Source of the DNA: Eledone cirrhosa
Lineage: Eukaryota
Reading direction: 5' to 3'
Length of the DNA: 64,000 nt
Assembly: GCA_964016885.1 (NCBI GenBank)
Contig: OZ024742.1
Coordinates: 277,698,001-277,762,000, forward strand
Below are positions 34,235-47,340 of this stretch, piece by piece (the stretch's first letter is position 1; the number at the start of each line of letters is the position of its first letter). The notes under the pieces were generated by a model, which searched no databases, was not told the DNA's origin, and saw only the letters and a program-made list of their open reading frames with translations. The position numbers and the translations under genes were made by a program.

Positions 34235-34283
34235 AAGCGACAGATAGTCACGTAAAAAGTGAAAACTCTCGCACACAGATTCA

Positions 34284-34348
<65 letters not shown>

Positions 34349-34349
34349 G

Positions 34350-34385
<36 letters not shown>

Positions 34386-34607
34386 TGTATGTATGTATGT
34401 ATGTATGTATGTATGTATGTATGTATGTATGTATGTATATATATACATACATACAAGTCAATAATTGTCACAGGTGTAGTGTTTGTACCAGAGTTTTCAA
34501 GTCGCTGGCTGGACTAAAAAGTCACACTCGTTCAGCGCATCGGTAGGGGTTCTCCTACATGGATATAAAGTAGTGGCCGTACTCGAAAACGAGTTGGCAG
34601 CCACCAT
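34235..34607 (+). mobile_element. Composite unit: ~55-bp head, (CA)n/(TATG)n, then RTE 3' ~150 bp (second copy at 49508-49898)
   Basis: Head ACAGATAG..CGTAAAAAGTGAAAACTCTCGCACACAGATTCACGCGC and junction ACAAGTCAATAATTGTCAC are shared by both copies. Confidence 0.7.
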
Positions 34608-34919
34608 GTATGTATGTATGTATGTATGTATGTATGTATGGATGGATAGATGCTTGCATGCATGTATGTATGTATGTATGTATGTATGTATCTATGTATG
34701 TATGTATGTATGTATGTATGTATGTTTGTATGGATGCATGAATTCTCGTATGCATGTATGTATGTATTTATGTATGCATGTATGTATGCATGCATATATG
34801 TATGTATGCATGTATGTATGTATGCATATATGGAAGGATGGATGGATAGATGCTTGCATGCATAAAACTTTGTATGTATATATGTATATATGTATGTATG
34901 TATGAATGTATGTATTTAT

Positions 34920-35410
34920 GTCAGGTCACTCTTGAGTGCTGCTGCTAACATGTAACCAAGTACAACGTGTCACATGGTCGGGTCGTCGGCGACTAAACCG
35001 CAACCCCACCAATTTACTTGGTGAGGAAGGTGAAATTTATATATACATGTATGCATGTGTATGAATGTGCGCGGGGACATAGAAATAATCGGGCTGGACA
35101 CCCGATCGCGTGGTTAAACCACTGGGAGTGAAGGACACCTAGCCTTTGTCTGGGCATTCTTCTAGGAGAAGGCAACTCAGGAAACTGGGATAACTCTGAT
35201 ATAAAACCTGCGGCTCAGTAGTTACCGATGATGTTGATCTTTTCTTTTTTTCGGGTTATAACTACTGTCGCTTAGAGAGTGGGATTGGCTCAGTGCACAG
35301 TCTTTCCTCACTTTAAAAAAAATCTTCACGCACACGAATTGCACGATATTATTAATTAATTATTAATAATGTGCAATGGCCATACTCGATATCGAAGGCA
35401 CAGCCATCAT
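34920..35410 (+). mobile_element. Diverged sister family of the non-autonomous RTE-derived element
   Basis: Starts GTCAGGTCAC, shares CATGGTCGGGTCG..GGCGACTAAAC and TCTAGGAGAAGG, ends GGCCATACTCGA..CAGCCATCAT with a degenerate TATG tail. Confidence 0.7.
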
Positions 35411-35453
35411 GTGCTTATGTTTGCATGCATGAATTAATGGATATGTATGTATG

Positions 35454-35981
35454 TTATCTCTTTCTATTAATTTCGAGTATATTTTTTTTGACCGGCCACC
35501 TTCCTGGTGGCAAGGTTGTAAAAGAAAAGAAATAGTCATCCCTTGAATCGCAAGAATGTTTTGCAAATTTCGAAGGTGCCAGCATTTGTAGACTATGAAT
35601 TAGGGAGCTGCGCTTTTTGTCCGCAAATCCAAGTTCAGTCATACTTTAGTCCAAGCGGGTTGGTATATAACCCGTAGCTCCAATAATTATGGGTATGAAG
35701 CTAAAGGTGTATCTTGGATACTGGATTTGTAAACTCCTCATCAATGGTCCGTAGATGTTCTCCTTCTCCTGTATTTTTCTGACAACGTTTACATCAAATG
35801 GGCAGCTGATCTCCACAACAGAACACGTTTTCAATGTGTGGTCCCAAACAACAATATCAGGCCGGTTGTGCTTTAATTTGGTGGTAGTTTTTATTTTCAG
35901 GTTCCACCAGTATTCCTTAGTGCCATCTGCCTCAATATACTCTTCTTCGTTTGTTGTTAATTTTGTGCTGACGTATGCGAC
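35454..35981 (-). mobile_element. Diverged R4/Dong-like LINE 3' fragment
   Basis: EYWWN..KHNRPDIVVWD..VVEISCPFDVN..KIQEKENIYGPLMRSLQ..IPIIIGATG. Confidence 0.8.
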
Positions 35982-37229
35982 TTGCTTGGCTTATTTATTT
36001 TAGACATATCACGTGTTAGATTCCCGGACTTCCACACGGGAATATACCGCGACGATGGACTGACCTTATCGAGCCATAAAAGTCGTCACGACCTCGACCG
36101 GTTTAAAAAAGACTTAGCTTCTACCTTCAATGAGTTAGGACTTAGGATAAAAGTAGCTACCAACTTCTCTAGCGTAGATTTCTTAGATATAAATTTAGAC
36201 CTTCGCATACACACATACAGACCCTTCCATAAGCTAAACGAAAAACTAAATTACATTCACAAGGACTCATGCCACCCTCCCACTGTTTTTAGAAACTTCG
36301 TAAATAATATGAGTACTAGAATCTCAAACCTCTCCTCTAATAAGGCTATCTTTGACAGGGCGGCACCCTACTATAACACGGCGTTAGCTAATAGCGGCTT
36401 CTCGCAACCTATCACTTACTCTCCCACTATCAATAAAATCAATAAGAAAAGAAAGCGTAACAATAGACAAACTATCTGGTTTTCTCCTCCCTTCTCACTC
36501 AACGTTAAAACCAATGTAAGCAAACAATTTCTAGCCCTCTTAGATAGACTCTTTCCCAGAGGTCATAAATACCGCTCCATCTTTAACCGACACAAATTAA
36601 AACTAGGATACTCCTGCGCTAAGAACATGAAGGCCCAGATCACCAACAGCCCTAAGAGCAACACCCCACCAGGGTGGTCTTGCCGTAAGCCGGAAGCTTG
36701 TGCCCTTCAACAGCAATGCAACACACCCGCAGTAGTTTATGAAGCTGTGGTCTCTTCCAACCGACCAAATCAACCACAGGAGGTCAAATCCTATGAGGGT
36801 ATGATGGAGGGCCGATTTAAGGAACGCTTCCTGAACCACCAGTCGACCTTTAGGTACCCGGACAGACGTTCATCCACGAAACTCGCGAGCCACGTATGGT
36901 CCCTCAAGGACTCAAGTATAGACTACTCCATTCAATGGAAAGCCATCACTAAGTCCAAGCCATACGCAAGGGGAAATCCGTCGTGTGGACTATGTATTGA
37001 TGAACGAATAAATATTCTAAACAGATTATGCAATAGCGATTGCCTAAACACGAGATATGAATTCTTCACACGTTGTCTACACGTCTCGAAACACCTCTTA
37101 CGTAACTACAAAGCTTCCGGATTGAATTACAACATCCTAATTTTGTTATCAACTAGACATTTTTCGGACTTTCGCAGTTATCTCCCTTACACCTCTCGCA
37201 CGCATTTTAGTATTGCCTGTGTGAAGTGA
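35982..37229 (+). CDS. 5'-truncated PLE ORF (RT C-terminal half, thumb, GIY-YIG), Nematis-like; element extends to about 37362
   Basis: GIYRDDGL, VDFLDI, YIHKDSCHP, IWFSPPFS, VVY..SYEG..FKERFLNH, C..C..E, LN..CLH; degenerate hammerhead at 37292-37329. Confidence 0.88.
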   Translation: MLGLFILDISRVRFPDFHTGIYRDDGLTLSSHKSRHDLDRFKKDLASTFNELGLRIKVATNFSSVDFLDINLDLRIHTYRPFHKLNEKLNYIHKDSCHPPTVFRNFVNNMSTRISNLSSNKAIFDRAAPYYNTALANSGFSQPITYSPTINKINKKRKRNNRQTIWFSPPFSLNVKTNVSKQFLALLDRLFPRGHKYRSIFNRHKLKLGYSCAKNMKAQITNSPKSNTPPGWSCRKPEACALQQQCNTPAVVYEAVVSSNRPNQPQEVKSYEGMMEGRFKERFLNHQSTFRYPDRRSSTKLASHVWSLKDSSIDYSIQWKAITKSKPYARGNPSCGLCIDERINILNRLCNSDCLNTRYEFFTRCLHVSKHLLRNYKASGLNYNILILLSTRHFSDFRSYLPYTSRTHFSIACVK

Positions 37230-37358
37230 TCGTTTCTGCGCATGCGCGTTCGTACGGTTGTTCTTCCTGTTCCGTATAACCATGTCCATTACGAGATGAG
37301 GATCCGCTAAGGTGAAACAATTGTTCTCGGTATGGTGAACTAACTGTTGTGTAACCAC

Positions 37359-37418
<60 letters not shown>

Positions 37419-37628
37419 TTTCTGAATTTGTTTAGCAAGATTCTTTGTCTGAAATCGTGTGTTGAAACCGATATTGTTATACTTTGGGAGGGTCATGTTG
37501 CCAATAAGAAACACACGCACCAGTTGCTTTCACTTCAATTTATTATATATTTATAAATTTATAAATTTACAAATTTATAAATTTCTGGTTGGTTGGTTGG
37601 TTCCACAACCAGATAGTTGTTTATATAT

Positions 37629-37673
37629 AGTCATAGTTCTTTCGTCACACACTCTGTGACCTCTTCAGTGACT
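37629..37673 (-). ncRNA. Type-I hammerhead ribozyme
   Basis: aguca CUGAAGA ggucaca gagug ugugac GAAA gaa CUA ugacu. Confidence 0.75.
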
Positions 37674-37912
37674 GGGGATTCCTTTCTTTGTTTCTGTGCC
37701 TCTCCTTTGTTCTGTCCTACGCCATTTTGTTTCTGTGTGTGTGTTGTGTGCTCAGTCTGCGCATGCGCCACATCCGGGTGTCTGCGTGTGTTTATGTTCA
37801 TTTATTTATTTGTTTATTTACATGTTACTGGTTGGTTGTTTGTTCTATGTGTGTGTGTGTTTTCATTTTGTCCTTAATTGTAAGTTGTGATGTTGCTGTT
37901 CCACTCATATTT

Positions 37913-40475
37913 TCAATTTAATTTTGGTTGTAATTCTTTTATGTTTATTGCCTCTGTAATTTGTCTAAACATTGCGTCTTTTCTGTGTGTAGATTCTATT
38001 TTTATTTCTATGTTCTCTATATTACCCTTGTGTTCTATCTTAGCATGTTGGTAGAGTACAGATGATTCTTTATTATCTTGAAGGTCTCGCCAGTGTTCAT
38101 TTATCCGTTCCCCTACACTACGAGCTGTCTCACCTATGTACACTATATTTTTGTCTCTACATTGTCCTTCAGTACATCTTATGCTATACACTACATTTCT
38201 AGTTTTACAGTTAATATGGGGGCTTATTTTACAGGTTATACATTTCTTATCTATACATGAGGGTCTTTGAAAAGGGTATGTCTTGCTAATAAGTGTTTTT
38301 ACGGAGGTACCTGGTCTTTCTACTATCTTAATATTGAGTTTATGTTTATTTAGGGCCCTTCTAAATTTGTAAGCTAATTCACCTCTAGGGGTTGTATTGA
38401 TGAACATTACACTCTGGTATTTATTGCTATCATACCATGAGTTTATTCTATTAGCCTTGTTCCTAGTTCTTTCTATTCTATTCCAAAATTTGCTCCTATA
38501 CAAGGGGCAGGTCCCATTTATGTCATTATTTACCATTTTTTCCCATTTGGTTCTGGCTCCTCTATACACTCTGATTTTATCTCTCTGATTGTAGCCAGAG
38601 AACTGCATACGGTGGATGAAGTGATGTATGTGTCTCTCTAGTTCTTCGGGGTTGCACATGCGGGACACATTTCTCATCACCCGGACCAAATCCGCAATCA
38701 GTATGTTGATTTTGGTATGGTCCGAAATGGCCGAGTTTCGGTGGATCAGATGTTTGGAAGTCATGGGTTTGGCATAATGGGAATGGAGGATTTGTTTTTT
38801 GTTGTTAATGGTATCTAACCAGAGCTCTGTGTCTAGTACAGGTAATAGATGGTTGGGGTGTTTACTTGGGTAGTCTATAGTAACTCTAATGCTCTGGTGG
38901 ATGGAGTTTGCTATTTGCTGGATGCTTTCCATTGTGTTTTTCTCTAGTTCCTGACTGTTCTCTAGTGGGGGTGTCTTAACTACGATGTTTATATCATCTA
39001 CGTAGCCGGAGTACATTATCAGGGTTAAGGGGTCTTCTAATTGTTCTTTAAGTTTAAGTTTAAGTCTAATGTCCCACCATACCATGAATAAGTTAGCTAT
39101 GTCGCCTGCAATGCTAACACCAATGGCTGCTCCTTCCTCTTGGGCATATGTTTTTCCATTAAATTTGAACATATGTTCCTTAAGGGTTAGTTTTATGCTG
39201 GCCCCTACCGCATGTGCAATCATTTTCTTCAGTTCATCGTGGTTTTCGGGTGTCCGTATGGCTCTGGTCCACCCGTTCCATCTATCTGTGTGGGTTTTCT
39301 TGGCCATTGAGGTAATGGTAGGTGGTCTGCCTCTTGCTGGTCTTGTAGGGCACAGGTTGCTCAGGTCATATGTGTCTAGGTAACTATTACTATAGGTAAG
39401 CTTAAGTAGGAGTCCCAGCTCACTGGTATCAATCCCACGGAACTCAACCTTGCTCTCACTGATCATTTCTACGTATTTCTCCACAGCAAAATCCACGTCA
39501 ATAGATGGATACAGGGACACAATATCCATACTGCCTATTATGCAGTTTGTTAGGTCCCCAGATCGGTTACTCACGCCGATTCTGCTGAGGAGGTCCTCCG
39601 TGCTGTCACATACATCTGGGGACATTTCAATGATGGGGCGTATGATCAGGGAGAGCAAGTAGGACAGTCTGTAGTTACTAGCAATGTTAGCTCCACAGAC
39701 TGGCCGTGTTGGTGGTCCCGCGACAGGGTCACAGCCCGTTTTATGGTCTTTTCGAAGCCCATACAACGCCGGCACGTCATTGTTCCAGGCCTGGAAGTTG
39801 TTGGCAGTCCTTTTGTTGGGCTGCATTATATTCGTCCACATCACCATATGGGCATTGAGGGCTTTTTCTCTATCCTCATGCTCCTGTGGTGTTACCTCTC
39901 TTGTGTTAGTGATGTGGGGTTGCATTGCCTGGATGTAGTTTGGCAGGCTGTCAACCGACATTCTGCTAGACTTGTCAGTTGGAAAGCATGCTATCTCTCC
40001 ATTACGTGAGCGCTGCATGAGCTTACGCAAGCCATTTGCAGATTTTTCTCCCAGTTGCTGGGCCTCCATTCTATTATGCTTCTTGCTATACTGTTCTATA
40101 ATATTTCTAAGTTCGGATCTAGCTATACTAAATTGTGCTTCTGTTTGTTCATCGACTTGCGACGGCAATTGCGTGCGTTTGTTAAATGGTAAAGTCGTGG
40201 CGTGGACTCGTCGCAGGTCGAATGATTTATCGGAGGGATTATAAAACGTAGAGTTCCAGGCTGCTGCTTTATGTGTACTAGTGCTATTGTTAGTTGTGTT
40301 GTTTCTATTTCTATTTCCACCAACAGCCTCATGGTTGTTTCTATGTCTCTCATAATTACTCCTGTCTCTTTCCACTGGCTCATTGCTGTTATCTACCCTA
40401 TTTTGCGTGTCTGTGTGTTCGTCTTGGTTATTCTCTTTGTCCTTAGTCTCCCTTCTCCTTTTAATCCTATTACTT
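37913..40475 (-). CDS. PLE polyprotein, RT plus GIY-YIG (~850 aa uninterrupted; native start lost)
   Basis: PTDKS, KDHK..RPVC, SMDIVSLYPSI, QEEGAAIG, YVDD, LPVLD, C-x4-C-x2-C..C linker, VVY..YIGETAR..R..EH, EA..I..PKLN; the first ~35 aa of the listed ORF come from the inverted arm. Confidence 0.92.
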
Positions 40476-40795
40476 TCTACACACAGAAAAGACGCAATGT
40501 TTAGACAAATTACAGAGGCAATAAACATAAAAGAATTACAACCAAAATTAAATTGAAAATATGAGTGGAACAGCAACATCACAACTTACAATTAAGGACA
40601 AAATGAAAACACACACACACATAGAACAAACAACCAACCAGTAACATGTAAATAAACAAATAAATAAATGAACATAAACACACACAGACACCCGGATGTG
40701 GCGTATGCGCAGACTGAGCACACAACACACACACAGAAACAAAATGGCGTAGGACAGAACAAAGGAGAGGCACAGAAACAAAGAAAGGAATCCCC

Positions 40796-40840
40796 AGTCA
40801 CTGAAGAGGTCACAGAGTGTGTGACGAAAGAACTATGACT
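40796..40840 (+). ncRNA. Type-I hammerhead ribozyme (inverted copy)
   Basis: Same motif as 37629-37673 on the opposite strand. Confidence 0.75.
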
Positions 40841-41099
40841 ATATATAAACAACTATCTGGTTGTGGAACCAACCAACCAACCAGAAATTTATAAATTTGT
40901 AAATTTATAAATTTATAAATATATAATAAATTGAAGTGAAAGCAACTGGTGCGTGTGTTTCTTATTGGCAACATGACCCTCCCAAAGTATAACAATATAT
41001 ATATATATATATATATACATACATATGTGTGTGTGTGAGTGTGTGTGTATGTATGCATATACATGAATAAAATAATTTTCTTTTTTCAACTTGTTACTG

Positions 41100-41440
41100 A
41101 CGACAGAAACAGCAGCAGCAGCTGCAGCAGTAGCAGCAGCTGCAGCAGTAGTAGCACCAGCAATAGCAGTAGCAACAACAACCTCAAGAATAATAAAAAC
41201 TATAACGACTACAACACTAACAACAGTAACAACACTAGCAACAATAAAAACAACTATGGCCGCAATGGGAACATTGATAGCAATAAAAACAACGATAGCA
41301 ACAATAGGAACAACAATAACAACAACAATAACATCAATAATTACAGCAATAACAACAACGATGACGACGATAATAACAACAATAACAACTAGAGTAATAG
41401 CAATAGTAACAACAACTACATTAACAACACTAATAATAAT
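41100..41440. repeat. Degenerate (AGC)n/(AAC)n tract at the tail of a minus-strand SINE
   Basis: Direct reading; abuts the SINE 3' end at about 41440. Confidence 0.8.
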
Positions 41441-42099
41441 TGTTTTTATTTTAGGCACAAGGCCATCCATTTGGTGGGAGAAGAAACTCGATTAAATTGA
41501 ATCAGTACATTGCTGGTACTTTATTTTATCGACCCGGAATGATGATAGGCAAAGCTAACCTCGGCATGATTTCAAATCAGAATTTAAAGGGCCGTAAGTC
41601 TATGCCACGAAGCATGGTGTCTGACACTCTACCGATTATGGAAATTCACCGCCCTTAACACTTGCAATAATTGCATCAGCAACAACAAAACAATATCAGC
41701 AAATACAACAACAACAGTAGTAACAACAGCAGCAGCCTTACTAACGATAATATGTAATAAATTATTGAAAGACTACAGTAACAATGAAAACCATAATACA
41801 AATTAAAATTAACTAGCGGGACCCGTAGAAATTCCACGAACGAAAAACTTAAGAGGAGCTATTTAAGAAACGTTCTGCCATGTGAAGGAGTTTTGGAAAT
41901 TGTCCATAATCCACGACTTGAAAATCCTCCAGAATAGCCTGTTCAGACTTTCCTTGTAAACGCCAAGAGCTGCTCCTACGCCACCATTGTTCATACCGTC
42001 CATTAGCCCCCTACAGAACGCAAGCGTTGTTCTGACTGCTACCCTCATTGTTCAGCTTGTAAAATGCTGTAAGTACCTGGAAGCACTCTAGACGCCAGA

Positions 42100-43032
42100 C
42101 ACCCAATCCTAGGCTGCACCTGAGACAAGTTTGTAGCTTGAGCAAAGAAACGAGCTGCGGAAAGATATGTCACACGAAAGACACCCTCACTGATTGGGCT
42201 TCGCTTTCGTTGTATTCATCATTGCGGAAGTTGAGGTAGTTCCGCATTTGCGTTAGTCGAAATGCGTATTTGCGTATCATTAGCGATGGTATTCCGAGAC
42301 CACCATGGAGTGAATGTTATTAGTAGATAGATTTTCTGATCAATTAGACCTGTCCCTTCCACAAAATTTGAAAGAGCGTGCGTTCCTGTCAGGTTAGGTC
42401 TTTTGGGGCAATGGTACGGCAGTTAGGTGATAGTATAACACCGAAACGTGATGGACAGATTTCTGTCTGCCTATTTTAAAGAGAGATTGACTACCTTGTT
42501 CACGACTCTCTTCCCACACCTGTCTACCTGGAGGTCTGATTCAAACCAGACTCCACGCACTTTAATCGGGCCGTCGGTCCAGCGGCAGAAATTTCCACTG
42601 ACCGGCATGGGCCTGCCTTTCCACATGCCAAGTTGCAAACCAACTGACTTATTCCAGTAATCTGCTGGTATTTTGCCAATATGGTACCTATTGCCTCTAT
42701 ATCTGATGCATCCGACACAGTCATCATAACGTCATCTGCATAGGCATCTCATGCAAAATATATCTAATGCAATAAGATTCGAGCGGAATTTCTTTCAAGA
42801 TTTCAATATTTCTCTGCAGCAGAGGCTCTAAGGCCAACATATAGAGGAGGAGGAAGAGGGGACAGTCTTAAGGATTGAGTGATATGGTAGGGTTCACATA
42901 AGTAGCCATATTGACTACAGAATAGATACCACAAAAGAGCATGGTGATCCAGCTTCTGAAAACAGCGCCGAAGTTAGTTGCTCTTAAGGCAGTCACCAAG
43001 TAGCGAGGGTCCATTCTGTCGAATGCTTTTGA
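42100..43032 (-). pseudogene. Old L1/Tx1-type RT remnant
   Basis: KAFDRMDPRYL..FRSWI, ALEPLLQ, AYADDV..IGTILAKYQ, GGLGIP; parallels 57930-58760; many disablements. Confidence 0.8.
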
Positions 43033-43392
43033 CAAATGATACTAACAATAGAAAAATTAAAAATAATACTTAGATTTTCTTTATTAAACTTTAAAATTAA
43101 ACAGCTTTTATTGAGCTTTGACCAAAATATACTTCAATATTTCTGAATAACGTTCCAGGGTTTGTATAGAATGAATGAAAAATTATACGAAAATACAAAC
43201 ATACAGCACATATCATCACCGTCATGATCTTTGTTATAATCACCATCATTATGATCATCACCCACCTCCTCCGTATCCCCCCTCCTTATACTCTACTTTT
43301 TATCCTCCTTCTTTTCCTCTTCCTCTTCATCGTTTCCTTATCAATAATGTTTATCACCGTCGCTTGATTCCTCTTTCCAATCTCCGTTATGG

Positions 43393-43501
<109 letters not shown>

Positions 43502-43713
43502 ATGCATGTATATACCAATAGTGTATATGATTCAGTGAATTACACAGTTGAATCACCAGTCTCAAGGCATAGGTGGAATCGGACCCATAACTTATATGGG
43601 TGACCGTGGGCCAATCCTCTAAGAAACGCGCGTAACAGGCCGATACACAATAAAAAAAATAGATACATGTAAACGAAGCTTCATCGTTTTTCATTATATA
43701 TATATATATATAC

Positions 43714-43895
<182 letters not shown>

Positions 43896-44216
43896 AGAGA
43901 GGGAGAGCGGGGGGTCAAATAGCGATTAAACTGTAGCAAACTCTTTCTTTTTCGGCTAGACCCTAAGGCAAATGCCGCCATTAAACGTATGTTGCTGAAT
44001 TTCAATGAAACTCCATATATACTGGGATATGGTGAGACGGGGTAAGATGGTCCTCTGGAGGGTATTTGGCACCAGGTAATATCTTCATACTCGAAACTGA
44101 CAGCAATCCGAATAACTCCATGTATATATGGAAAATATAGTAACTACCTTTGCTCTTCAAAAATGTATAGAACTCCGCCATTGCTTGTTCAGTATATAAC
44201 ACTACACGCATGCATG

Positions 44217-44334
<118 letters not shown>

Positions 44335-44362
44335 CACACACATATATATATATTTATATATA

Positions 44363-44461
44363 CAGGGTGTCCCAAAAAATGTATACACACTTCAACAGTA
44401 TTCTAATAAATATTGCGTGTGCAGTTAATCAAAGTGTGTATACATTTTTAGGGACATCCTA
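44363..44461. mobile_element. Tc1/mariner-type MITE
   Basis: ~30-bp TIRs CAGGGTGTCCCAAAAAATGTATACACACTT / AAGTGTGTATACATTTTTAGGGACATCCT in TA context. Confidence 0.7.
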
Positions 44462-46083
44462 TATATATATATATATATATATGCAAAAGTTTTATTTAAA
44501 ATTGTTGGGATACAACAAGTAAATATTTTATAACTGATATAAAGCACTCGACAAGTTTTTGGAGTAGATATACGATATTAAATAAATGGAAACTATATTT
44601 ATAAAACCATATTTATTTCATTATACATATTTCAGGGATACCAAATTAAAATAGGGCATGCCTTCGTCAGATAAAATACAATATATAAACAGTTTTATAA
44701 ATAATTTTGACGTACCCTATTAGAAGCGACCATTATTTTTGGAGGCTGTCTGGATAGTGAGATGTTTATAATTATTTTATTAGTTATAGTGTTAAGCACA
44801 GTTAGAAAAAAGACGGAGAGAAAGAAAAAACGGAGAGAGAGAAGGAGAGAGAAAAAGAAGGAGAGAGAGAAAAAAGGAAGATATATATAAATAGATAGGA
44901 GGAATTGAAAAAGAAAAAAGAAAGAAATAAGAAAAGCAAAAGAAAGCAACAGAGAGATAATAATTCATCATACAGATAGAGAAACTCAAGAGAGAGGAAG
45001 TACTATATAGAGAGAAGAGGATACAGTGACAACTTTACGTCATGTCATATTAAGTTGAATTAACAATTCATATGAATTGAATAATAAAAATGCAAATATC
45101 AATATTCATGAATGAGACATAGATATATAATATGAGAAAATAACATTGTTCAATAATGACCATATGTTTAGTTTAAAAACTCTGAGGTCAATATACCAAA
45201 ATCTGAGTTAAAACCTTCAAAAATTATCCTATTTATAAAAATACGGATACATATATGTATATATATATACACGCATATGTACGTTCTGATAAAAGAAAAG
45301 AGAAAATTATGTCTACTCTCGTCAATAATATAGACATACAAATGATTTCAGCTGATCACTTCTATACATTTCTTGTGTTATAAAAATTTCACAGTATATA
45401 TACATAAAACACACGATTAATATTCATGTCCTCACATACATGATTACCGTTCATGTATTTAATATTATGCACATCTGCACCACACATCAACATATACACA
45501 CAGAACCATACATATACATATATATATGTATAAATAAATATCTGCGTGAGTTTTCCAGCATCGCTATGCGCATATACAGACATATATACGAACACATAAA
45601 TAAACTCCATAAACCCATTATATGCATGTTAATACACACAAATGGCCTTTGTATAGAGATAATCAAATATCAATATATTAATACAGAAATATCAAAGCAT
45701 TAAAAAATCTTTAACACACTATAGAGTATCTCAAGCCAAAACAATATGCTTCATATATTTATTATAGAAATCTATCCTACCTATATCTTCAACAAGATAT
45801 TGCAAGGGTAGACAAATGAAAGTTATTAGAAGCTATCAGAATAAAAAACAAAAATTATTTAAAAGATTTAGAAGACCCAGTGATTCTACGGATGCCCTTA
45901 TATTTAGTATAGAAATTTATCTTACGTAAATTTTATTTAATACATTGGGAGCATATACATTTTAGAGTAGTTTATTATATCCTTGTTTATATTTAGGAAG
46001 AAAGTTTAAAAAGAAAAAGGTGAAGGAATCAAATGATTTATCGTCAGGTTTCATATATTAACTAAATTTCTTAATTAATTATA

Positions 46084-47040
46084 CTACATTTTAAATTTAT
46101 ATTTATATTTAAACGTTGAGTTTAATCTATGTCTGCAGCAACTGAATAAATTGCTCCTTAAATTAAGGGAATTTTTGGACTTTAATATAAAGAATATTTC
46201 TTCTATACAAAGATCGCAAGTCTCTGATGAGGAATTAAAAGGAATCCCTTTTGAGACAATATTCCAAAACATCGAATATTTAACATTATCTCGTTTAAGG
46301 TGCCAGAGTAGGCTTGATAGCGAAGTTGAGGATTTTTTGTTTGGATCTGTGAAAGAATTCTTATGATTATTGAAGCGAAGTTTAAATTCTGTCGAGGTGG
46401 AACTAACATAGTTGAAAGAATTTAAATTAGTTTTAACATTACAATTGTACACTACATTTTTAGCTAAGCAGTTGTTATTTAACGGACAGTTAGATTTATT
46501 TCTACAGTTACAGTTATTTAATTGAATATTGTTTGGGTTATTATTGGTATTTTGGTTAGGTTTTAAATTCCTATTATTAATTCTGTTAATATTTTGTGCT
46601 AAATTTTTGGTGGACGAGTAAGTTAATTTTATAGTGTGTCTATTAAAAATTGAGTGATATTTATGTGTTCTAGGGAAGCGTTTGTCAAGAGCATTAAAGA
46701 ATAGTTTAGCAATATGGGTTTTAATATTTAGTGAAAAAGGGGGGGGGGGGGGCAAACCATAATATATTTCTAGTTCTATTTCTTTTTCGGCTTTTGGAAT
46801 TATTGTAATGTGTTGTTACCGTAATTAAAATTGTTATAATTTTGGTTTGTTTGCTTATTATTATCGATGTACTTAATTTTATCTCTATATCCAGATCTGT
46901 TAAAAATACTATAGTGAACTCTGTTCAAGAACGAATTTCAAGAATTTCATCTAATAAAAATATTTTTGATGAAAAAGCGCAGTATTACAATGAAGCGTTA
47001 GCTTCATTGTAATACTGCGCTTTTAACATTGTAATACTGA
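46084..47040 (-). pseudogene. Nematis-like PLE 3' ORF fragment (thumb plus GIY-YIG) with 5' inversion
   Basis: PPFSLNIKT..HKYHSIFNRHTIKLTYS..CNC..CPL..VVY..FKLRFNNH..CDLCIEE..CCRH; thumb segment ERISRISSNK..YYNEAL on the plus strand at about 46910-47000; A-rich 44480-46083 is its likely 3' UTR, with a hammerhead-like core at about 44620-44675. Confidence 0.85.
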
Positions 47041-47287
47041 CGATGTTGCAGATGTGCAACGAAAGATTTATGTAAATTATGTAAACTATATATATATATA
47101 TGTGTTTGTGTCTATATTGTATCTGTATTATTTTTGACCGCCGGTCAGTCAATGGCAACATTGAGGACCGAGTAAGTTAGATCGCAGATATAATAAAAGA
47201 CAGCGAGAAGCGAAAACCAACCAAACAGTGAGTGTGTTCTGTTATTAATTCTGGCAATATTACGCAAATATGACCCTCCCCAAGTAT

Positions 47288-47340
<53 letters not shown>

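Larger units (their letters stand above)
37416..40998 (-). mobile_element. Young PLE with ~520-bp inverted termini (37471-37993 / 40476-40998) in (TA)n
   Basis: Arms nearly identical; one hammerhead per arm; 55-bp tail on the left end only. Confidence 0.9.

Noticed and set aside
37913-40582. Naiad/Chlamys-type or selenoprotein-encoding PLE
   Set aside because: The endonuclease is C-terminal and there is no in-frame TGA; it is a canonical-order PLE.
40476-40582. Signal-peptide-like N-terminus on the 889-aa ORF
   Set aside because: It is the antisense reading of the duplicated 3' end of the same ORF and UTR, not a native leader.
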